Positions 57,616 to 64,000 of a DNA stretch of 64,000 nt are shown here, one piece after another. The DNA lies in the NCBI GenBank assembly GCA_045119215.1, contig JBGVDD010000098.1, positions 33,632 to 97,631 on the forward strand. Direction: 5' to 3'. Under the pieces are notes generated by a model. It searched no databases. It was given only the letters and a program-made list of their open reading frames with translations, and was not told where the DNA came from. A program made the translations under genes and the position numbers. Each line of letters opens with the position of its first letter. The first letter of the stretch is position 1. This stretch comes from Lachnospiraceae bacterium. GTDB taxonomy: Bacteria; Bacillota; Clostridia; Lachnospirales; Lachnospiraceae.

Positions 57616-58953
57616 ATGGAATTACCAGAAAAATTTAAAGAGAGAATGAAAGAACTGCTTCAGGATGAATATGAACAATTTTTGGCATCCTATGAAAAGA
57701 AAAGAGAATACGGTTTGCGATTGAATACCTTGAAAGATATCCCTAAGGAGTTGGAAGATTCCCTAAAGGATATGTTTGGCTTGGAGCCCATCGATTGGTG
57801 TAAGACAGGGTACTACTATAAGGAAGCTTCCAGACCTGGAAAACATGGATTCCATGAAGCAGGGGTGTACTATATCCAGGAACCAAGCGCAATGATTACA
57901 GCAGAGATGGCTCAGGTGGAGCCAGGAATGAAGGTATTGGATTTATGTGCTGCACCGGGAGGAAAGAGTACCCAGCTTGCCTGCAAATTACAGGGAGAGG
58001 GACTGCTTATCTCAAATGAAATTAACAAGCTTCGGGCAGGAATTTTATCCCAGAATATAGAAAGGATGGGGGTGAAGAATGCTATTGTCACCAATGAATC
58101 CCCTGGTCATTTGGCAGAGAAGCTGCCGGAGTTTTTTCATTGTGTGGTAGTAGATGCCCCATGTTCTGGAGAGGGAATGTTCAAAAAGGAAGAAAATGCC
58201 GTGGCAGAGTGGAGCGAGGAAAATGTGGCTTTATGTGCCAAACGTCAGGCAGAAATTCTTGATTGTGCAGCAACTATGCTGCTTCCGGGAGGGAAACTTT
58301 GTTATTCAACCTGTACTTTTGCAAAAGAGGAAAATGAAATGCAGATTACATCTTTTCTTGAGAGACATCCAGAGTTTTCCTTATTAGAACAACATAGAAT
58401 CTGGCCCCATAAACAACAGGGAGAGGGACATTTTGCGGCCCTTTTGCAAAAAGAGGGAATACTTGGATTTGAAAAGAATTCTTCTTTATCAGGAAAACAA
58501 AAAGAAAAAAAGATTCTTGATAAGCAACAGGATAAGCTTTTTTGGGAATTTTTAAAAGAGAACGCCAGGGACAACTTCGTGGCCATGATAGAGGAACGGA
58601 AAGAAGATTTACTGTTATTTGGGGATAATTTATTTTTGCTTCCACAGCAAAGTCCTGATTTAAAAGGGTTGAAGGTGGTTCGACCAGGGATTCAAATAGG
58701 AACCTTTAAGAAAAACCGTTTTGAACCTGCACATTCCCTTTCCCATGTTCTGTCTGTGAGAGATTTTCAAAGAAATCTGAATTTAAATAAAGAGGATGCT
58801 GGTGTCTTAAAATATTTAAAAGGGGAAAGTCTGGATGGGGAAGATATAGGAAAAGGTTGGTGTTTGGTCAGTGTAGAGGGGATACCTTTGGGATTTGGAA
58901 AAGTAAGCAATGGAATCTGTAAAAATCATTACCCTAAGGGATTGAGAGTTTGA
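57616..58953 (+). CDS. RsmB/RsmF (NOL1/NOP2/Sun) family rRNA cytosine-C5 methyltransferase
   Basis: The ATG at 57616 follows GGAGG. LDLCAAPGGKST, DAPCSGEGMF and TCT motifs, with a C-terminal PUA-like extension. Confidence 0.85.
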   Translation: MELPEKFKERMKELLQDEYEQFLASYEKKREYGLRLNTLKDIPKELEDSLKDMFGLEPIDWCKTGYYYKEASRPGKHGFHEAGVYYIQEPSAMITAEMAQVEPGMKVLDLCAAPGGKSTQLACKLQGEGLLISNEINKLRAGILSQNIERMGVKNAIVTNESPGHLAEKLPEFFHCVVVDAPCSGEGMFKKEENAVAEWSEENVALCAKRQAEILDCAATMLLPGGKLCYSTCTFAKEENEMQITSFLERHPEFSLLEQHRIWPHKQQGEGHFAALLQKEGILGFEKNSSLSGKQKEKKILDKQQDKLFWEFLKENARDNFVAMIEERKEDLLLFGDNLFLLPQQSPDLKGLKVVRPGIQIGTFKKNRFEPAHSLSHVLSVRDFQRNLNLNKEDAGVLKYLKGESLDGEDIGKGWCLVSVEGIPLGFGKVSNGICKNHYPKGLRV

Positions 58954-59114
58954 TAAAAAATATTGAAAAAAATGGAAAAAATCGACAAAATTAGATAGAT
59001 TAGTATAAAAAAACATGATATAATGTACAGAGATTGCGAGGATAAAGTAATAGATTGGGGAAAATGAGGAACGCAGAAGCGTTCTTGAAACTATATCAAA
59101 AAGGCGGGAAAAGG

Positions 59115-60665
59115 ATGGCAACAAAAAAAAGAAGAACTATGGATAGGCGGATAGCAAGGATTACGTTCATCGCTGTAGTTGTAATAATGATTATGTTACT
59201 GGTAGGACTTGGATATTTGGGACATCAATTTAGGATATCTTTACAGCATCAAGGAATGACAAAGGATGATATCATGATATCTATACTGCCGATTTATATT
59301 GGCATGGTGGGTGGCTTTGCTCTGTTGGCAATATTTTTAATGATTGCTTTTCGATATCAGAAAAAGACAAATCTGATGTTAGAACAGATGGTATACACAG
59401 ATGAGGTTACCGGTGGTGTGTCCTTTGGGCGGTTTAAAGGGGAAGTAGAAGAACACATTAAGAAAAATTCTCGGAAAAATTTTGCTATTATCAGTATAGA
59501 TGTGGACAAATCTAAGTATATAGAAGAAATATTTGGAACAGAAGAGTATACTAAGGTGATTCAGGTGTTATGGAATACATTGTGTCATGAAACAAGAAAT
59601 AGTGAGTGTTGCGGACACAAAGAGGCAGATATGTTTTATGCTGTGTTTGAGTATGTAGATGATAAGTCATTAATTCGAAGGCTGGAACGAATGAACGATG
59701 AGTTAAAAAGTACCATTGAGCAGGGAAATGTATTTTATGACATAAAAACTTCCATAGGCGTGTATGTAATGAAAAATCGAAGGCATTCTGCAGAGAGACT
59801 GTTTTATCGAGCAGATATGGCGAGAAAGACGGTAAAAGGACAGCATGATAAGTTATATGCTTTCTATACGGAAGAAATGAAGAAAATCCATACCAAAAAC
59901 AGGGAAATGGAAAGCAAAATGGAAAAAGCATTAGCAAAGGGAGAATTTTATGTGTGCTATCAGCCAAAGTATTCCACCCAGGATAGAAAAGTTGTGGGGG
60001 CAGAGGCCTTAGTCCGTTGGAAAATGAACGGAGAAAGTATTGTTCCGCCTTCAGATTTTATTCCACTGTTTGAAAGTAATGGTTTTATCAAAGAATTGGA
60101 CAAGTTTGTGTTTGAACAAGTATGTAAGGATGTGAGTGCCTGGCTGGATAAGGGGTTGGATGTAAGACCCATATCCGTCAATTTATCACAGCTTCAGTTG
60201 TATAACCCGGATTTTATAAAGGATTATGCAAGTATTCTGGAACGGTATGATTTAGATTCCAAGTATGTGCAGTTGGAACTGACAGAAACTGCTATGTTTG
60301 ATAATCCTGTAGTTATGGCAAAGATAATAAATCAGTTACATAATATGGGATTTGAAGTTTTAATGGACGATTTTGGAACAGGATACTCATCTTTGAATAT
60401 GTTAAAGGATGCAGATGTGGATACCATTAAGATTGATAAGAGTTTCGTGGATGATATTGGAAATAATCAAAAGGTGGAGAGAATCATTGCTACCATAATT
60501 TCTCTGGTACGTTCTATGAATATGAGAGTAGTGGCTGAGGGGGTGGAGAATGAGATGCAGTATAAATTTTTGAATTTAGTAGAGTGTGATGAAATCCAGG
60601 GATTTTATTTTTCAAAACCTATTGATGCAGTTTCCTATGAAAAGTTACTTGAAAAGAAGGAATAA
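59115..60665 (+). CDS. membrane-anchored degenerate-GGDEF / EAL domain protein (c-di-GMP phosphodiesterase)
   Basis: Two TM helices. The GGDEF position reads KEADMF. The EAL set is intact (GAEALVRW, ELTE, DDFGTGYSS, KIDKSF, EGVE, QGFYFSKP). Confidence 0.8.
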   Translation: MATKKRRTMDRRIARITFIAVVVIMIMLLVGLGYLGHQFRISLQHQGMTKDDIMISILPIYIGMVGGFALLAIFLMIAFRYQKKTNLMLEQMVYTDEVTGGVSFGRFKGEVEEHIKKNSRKNFAIISIDVDKSKYIEEIFGTEEYTKVIQVLWNTLCHETRNSECCGHKEADMFYAVFEYVDDKSLIRRLERMNDELKSTIEQGNVFYDIKTSIGVYVMKNRRHSAERLFYRADMARKTVKGQHDKLYAFYTEEMKKIHTKNREMESKMEKALAKGEFYVCYQPKYSTQDRKVVGAEALVRWKMNGESIVPPSDFIPLFESNGFIKELDKFVFEQVCKDVSAWLDKGLDVRPISVNLSQLQLYNPDFIKDYASILERYDLDSKYVQLELTETAMFDNPVVMAKIINQLHNMGFEVLMDDFGTGYSSLNMLKDADVDTIKIDKSFVDDIGNNQKVERIIATIISLVRSMNMRVVAEGVENEMQYKFLNLVECDEIQGFYFSKPIDAVSYEKLLEKKE

Positions 60666-60689
60666 ACAATAAAGAATAAAGTATAAAAA

Positions 60690-60730
60690 TAAAGAACAGT
60701 CAACTGACGGGATTGACTGTTCTTTTTGTT
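60690..60730. terminator. bidirectional intrinsic terminator
   Basis: agaacagtcaa (60693-60703) / ttgactgttct (60713-60723), with an A-rich 5' flank and a T-run 3' flank. Confidence 0.8.
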
Positions 60731-60756
60731 TACGATAACTATTTAGTTGCAAAAAA

Positions 60757-61020
60757 TTAGTTAATAGAGTTAACCGCTTTTGTTAAACGAGAAACTTTTC
60801 TAGCTGCATTGTTTTTGTGATAAACACCCTTTGAAGCAGCCATGTCAATTTTCTTTGTAGCAATTGCTAAAACATCTTTTGCAGCAGCAGCGTCTTTTGC
60901 AGCGACAGCAGCTTCTACCTTTTTGATGTATGTCTTAACTTCAGACTTGATTGCCTTGTTTCTTTCAGTTTTTGTAGCGATTACGCTGATTCTTTTTTTT
61001 GCAGATTTAATGTTAGCCAA
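60757..61020 (-). CDS. rpsT: 30S ribosomal protein S20
   Basis: MANIKSAKKR... TTG start 9 nt after GGAGG. Confidence 0.95.
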   Translation of the reverse strand: MANIKSAKKRISVIATKTERNKAIKSEVKTYIKKVEAAVAAKDAAAAKDVLAIATKKIDMAASKGVYHKNNAARKVSRLTKAVNSIN

Positions 61021-61195
61021 ATCCGTACACCTCCGTGAATTTTTGTTGTTATAATTTTACTTTAATTAAAAATGTTACAGTTGGCTTACATCAAACGGAC
61101 ACGGACGTTAATGTAAACACACCATGTAATCATAAAACAGGATAAGAGTCTTGTCAATATTTTTTATTAAAATTATTGAATAAATTGGAAGAAAA

Positions 61196-62137
61196 ATGCA
61201 TATATTACCATTATCAAATTTAGTGAAGGGAGTATGCAGGAAAGTGGATAATAGGATTCGAACAGACCTGGCATTGGAAGCGAAAGAAACATTTGATGCG
61301 GATAATGTGGAAGTACAGGGTGTAAAAATTGAAGAAAATTATGACAAGGAAAATGATATTCATGTAACTAAGGTTGTGATAGAAACAAGAGATGGTGCCA
61401 GAATTATGGGAAAGCCCATAGGAACCTATCTTACTTTAGAGGCTCCTGACATGGTGATTCCTGACAAAGGATATCATAGAGAAATTTCTAAAGTTGTGTG
61501 TAAATACCTTAAGGCTCTCTTAGGAGAAGTAAAGGATTGTTCTATCCTTGTGGCTGGATTGGGAAATCGGGAGGTGACACCAGATTCTTTGGGCCCTTTA
61601 GTTGTATCCAATCTCCTGATTACCAGACATGTGATTAAAGAATACGGTGCCTATGGCATGGGGGAGGATAATGTGAATTCCGTCAGCAGTATTGTTCCTG
61701 GGGTGATGGCACAGACAGGCATGGAAACAGCGGAAATTCTAAAGGCGGTGGTGAAGGAGACAAGTCCCGATGTATTGATAGTAATAGATGCGTTGGCAGC
61801 TCGCAGTGTCAAAAGGCTAAATAAAACCATTCAGATTACAGATACGGGAATTCATCCGGGTTCCGGGGTAGGAAATCATAGAAATGCCATCAATAAGGCA
61901 TCCATGGGTATTCCGGTTATTGCTATAGGAGTTCCAACGGTGGTGGATGCGGGGGTAATTGTTCGGGATGCAATTGAGAATCTAGCGGTATATGGACAGG
62001 GAAAGGTAGACATTTCATCCAGTTTAAACAGTATGTTTGTTACACCAAAGGATATTGATGAGACGGTGAAACGTATTAGTTTCACCATATCAGAGGCGTT
62101 AAATATGGCATTTTCCAGTCACCTGGATGAAGCGTGA
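61196..62137 (+). CDS. gpr: GPR germination protease (spore endopeptidase)
   Basis: IRTDLALEA, LVAGLGNREVTPDSLGP, IDALAARS and DTGIHPGSGVGN. The exact start is uncertain; a downstream in-frame GTG at about 61243 is possible. Confidence 0.9.
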   Translation: MHILPLSNLVKGVCRKVDNRIRTDLALEAKETFDADNVEVQGVKIEENYDKENDIHVTKVVIETRDGARIMGKPIGTYLTLEAPDMVIPDKGYHREISKVVCKYLKALLGEVKDCSILVAGLGNREVTPDSLGPLVVSNLLITRHVIKEYGAYGMGEDNVNSVSSIVPGVMAQTGMETAEILKAVVKETSPDVLIVIDALAARSVKRLNKTIQITDTGIHPGSGVGNHRNAINKASMGIPVIAIGVPTVVDAGVIVRDAIENLAVYGQGKVDISSSLNSMFVTPKDIDETVKRISFTISEALNMAFSSHLDEA

Positions 62138-63347
62138 GATAAAGGAGAGGCATGTGAAAAAAAATAATATTCTAACCATTGCAATCTGGATATTATTGAC
62201 AGTATTTATCATGGAAACTATGTGGGTGATGTTCGGAAAAACTATGTTTGAGCGTGTAAGGCATGGAAATATTACTTTATTGTATAAGCTGCCGGATTAC
62301 GGAGCGAATCTTTGTGTGCCGGGGGTATTTGGGGAACAGAAAATCATGGGTACAAAAGGGGATGCTATGGGCACAATAGATGATTTCTTGTATTGTTTGT
62401 TTGTGCCCGGAGTGGCAAAAAGTGTCACAAGTGAAAGAGTTGAGAAGAGATTAGAAGATGAGGGGGCCTATGAAAAAATATTATTTGGAGAAGCACAGGA
62501 TGAAAATTATATCAATAAAGAGGGGGAACTCATATTACTTGAACCGGAGGAAAAAAAGAAAGAAAACCTGGAAACTCCAAAGGTAGAAGAACTTACCAAT
62601 GAAGATTATGTCAGGAATACATATTATACTGTGGATGCAACTACTTATACACTGTCAGGAGAGTTAAACGGACAACAGATGATGGAGAAGGATTTTTCAA
62701 TAAAAAAGGATGAAAGCCAACCCCAGATATTAATTTATCACACCCATTCCCAGGAAGCTTTTATCGATTCCACACCGGGAGACAGTAGTACCAGCATTGT
62801 AGGTGTGGGAGAGTACCTAAGTGAAATTCTAAGAGAAAAATATCATTATCAGGTATTACATGACACCACGGAGTTTGATATGAATAATGGCTCTTTAGAC
62901 AGGAATAAAGCATATACTTATGCAGAACAGGAAATTAGTGGATTGTTAAGCCAGTATCCATCTGTTGAGGTAGTGATAGATTTACATAGAGATGCCTGTG
63001 GTGAGGGGACAAAATTTGTCACAGAGTGTAATGGAAAGCCTACAGCCAGATTTATGTTTTTTAATGGTATGAGTAGAACCTGCAACTTAGGGGAGATATC
63101 TTATCTGCCCAATGAATACCGGGAAGATAATATGGCCTTTGCATTTCAGTTACAGCAAAAGGCAGCAAAGTATTATCCGGGGCTTACCAGAAAGATTTAC
63201 TTAAAAGGATACCGTTATAATCTGCATTTAAAGAGGCGTTGTTTGTTAGTGGAGTGTGGAGCACAGAACAATACTCTTCAGGAAGAAAAAAATGCCATGG
63301 AGCCATTGGCACATATTCTTTCTTTGGTATTGGAAGGAGAAGAATAA
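62127..63347 (+). CDS. spoIIP: stage II sporulation protein P
   Basis: ILIYHTHSQEAF and VIDLHRD motifs, with an N-terminal TM. An alternative GTG start at 62154 follows AAGGAGAGG. Confidence 0.9.
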   Translation: MKREIKERHVKKNNILTIAIWILLTVFIMETMWVMFGKTMFERVRHGNITLLYKLPDYGANLCVPGVFGEQKIMGTKGDAMGTIDDFLYCLFVPGVAKSVTSERVEKRLEDEGAYEKILFGEAQDENYINKEGELILLEPEEKKKENLETPKVEELTNEDYVRNTYYTVDATTYTLSGELNGQQMMEKDFSIKKDESQPQILIYHTHSQEAFIDSTPGDSSTSIVGVGEYLSEILREKYHYQVLHDTTEFDMNNGSLDRNKAYTYAEQEISGLLSQYPSVEVVIDLHRDACGEGTKFVTECNGKPTARFMFFNGMSRTCNLGEISYLPNEYREDNMAFAFQLQQKAAKYYPGLTRKIYLKGYRYNLHLKRRCLLVECGAQNNTLQEEKNAMEPLAHILSLVLEGEE

Positions 63348-63395
63348 TCCTCTTTTCTTATTTTGGAATTTATGATACAATAAACTCTATGCAAT

Positions 63396-63551
63396 GTTAC
63401 GAATTACCGTATCTGTTCAGAATAACTGAACAGATACGGTAAATCGGGCAATGCTTACGCATGCAAAATTGCCCGATTTTTGTAAAATGTACATTTTCTT
63501 ACGGTCTCAGCAGTAAATGCTGAGACCTGTACTGAACAGTTACGAATTACC
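63396..63551 (+). repeat. full copy of the multi-hairpin intergenic repeat, bounded by a 13-bp direct repeat
   Basis: GTTACGAATTACC occurs at 63396-63408 and 63539-63551. Hairpin 1: 63407-63420 / 63426-63439. Hairpin 2: atcgggcaat (63443-63452) / attgcccgat (63468-63477) followed by TTTT. Palindrome aaaatgtacatttt at 63484-63497. Hairpin 3: ggtctcagca (63503-63512) / tgctgagacc (63518-63527). Confidence 0.85.
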
Positions 63552-63576
63552 TATATATACATTAACGGAGGATATT

Positions 63577-64000
63577 ATGGCACATATTGACCAGAGTAAA
63601 ATTAGAAATTTCTGCATTGTGGCACATATTGACCATGGAAAATCCACATTGGCAGATAGAATTATAGAAAAAACAGGATTGTTGACCAGCAGGGAAATGC
63701 AGGCACAGGTTCTTGATAATATGGATTTGGAAAGAGAACGTGGCATTACGATTAAAGCCCAGGCAGTGCGTATTGTTTATAAGGCAAAAGATGGGGAGGA
63801 GTATATCTTTAATTTAATTGACACTCCGGGACACGTAGACTTTAACTATGAAGTATCCAGAAGCCTTGCAGCTTGTGATGGCGCTATTTTGGTGGTAGAT
63901 GCAGCTCAGGGAATTGAAGCTCAGACTTTGGCAAATGTTTATCTTGCCCTTGACCATGATTTAGAGGTATTTCCGGTCATCAACAAAATTGATTTACCAA
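63577..64000 (+). CDS. lepA: elongation factor 4 (LepA), 5' part; continues beyond the window
   Basis: [57 protein letters not shown]. The frame stays open to the window end, so it is absent from the ORF track. Confidence 0.95.
   Translation, partial: MAHIDQSKIRNFCIVAHIDHGKSTLADRIIEKTGLLTSREMQAQVLDNMDLERERGITIKAQAVRIVYKAKDGEEYIFNLIDTPGHVDFNYEVSRSLAACDGAILVVDAAQGIEAQTLANVYLALDHDLEVFPVINKIDLP

Noticed and set aside
59551-59967. 138-aa antisense ORF inside the GGDEF/EAL gene
   Set aside because: No RBS or motif. The sense strand carries clear domain signatures.
188-63551. Inverted repeat copies near both ends of the window, considered as ends of a 63-kb composite mobile element
   Set aside because: The interior is dominated by core genes in conserved Firmicute synteny (arg, comE, holA, glyA, spoVA, rpsT, gpr, lepA) and has no transposase or integrase. 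A third copy lies in the middle. A dispersed high-copy repeat explains this better.
1-64000. Search for rRNA, tRNA, CRISPR arrays, prophage or IS elements
   Set aside because: By-eye inspection of every intergenic region over 100 bp and of the ORF translations found none. This is a visual screen only; tRNAscan, Infernal and IS searches would be the definitive check.

Overview
This is a chromosomal window from a low-GC, spore-forming Firmicute. Gene content and order look Clostridia/Lachnospiraceae-like, but the taxon cannot be proven from sequence alone. I call about 60 protein genes. I saw no rRNA, tRNA, CRISPR array, transposase, integrase or phage structural genes. Core blocks: (i) degV, a DHH phosphoesterase, and argG divergent from an argC-GNAT-argJ-argB-argD operon, with ARG-box-like palindromes in the shared control region; (ii) comEA, an OmpR/HK two-component pair, gerM, comEC and holA; (iii) envelope genes (TPR, GT2, PAP2, GDPD, VanY-like), glyA, a CBS-type family II pyrophosphatase and a flavin reductase; (iv) spoVAA-AB-AC, then a ~10 kb block, then spoVAD, a MATE gene and spoVAE; the ~10 kb block holds an ABC-F ATPase, a CheY-like regulator, a 1652-aa soluble hybrid histidine kinase, aguA, aguB and DUF1294; (v) an amidase lipoprotein, a GntR/ABC-2 exporter operon, a secreted C39-like peptidase, a SpoVB/MurJ-type flippase, nifS, nrdR, an RsmF-like methyltransferase, a degenerate-GGDEF/EAL protein, rpsT, gpr, spoIIP and the 5' end of lepA. 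The most accessory-looking part is the left 6 kb. It holds a cluster of structured repeats, a two-gene ABC/AAA_15-21-type ATPase plus PD-(D/E)xK-like small protein module (my best candidate for an undescribed defence-type system), and a translationally coupled four-gene operon (UPF0104 flippase-like membrane protein, kinase-fold protein, mini-HAD phosphatase, membrane protein). A ~155-bp multi-hairpin repeat family occurs at least three times (about 188-420, 23161-23230, 63396-63551). All functional calls are motif recognition by eye on the supplied translations; no database search was run.
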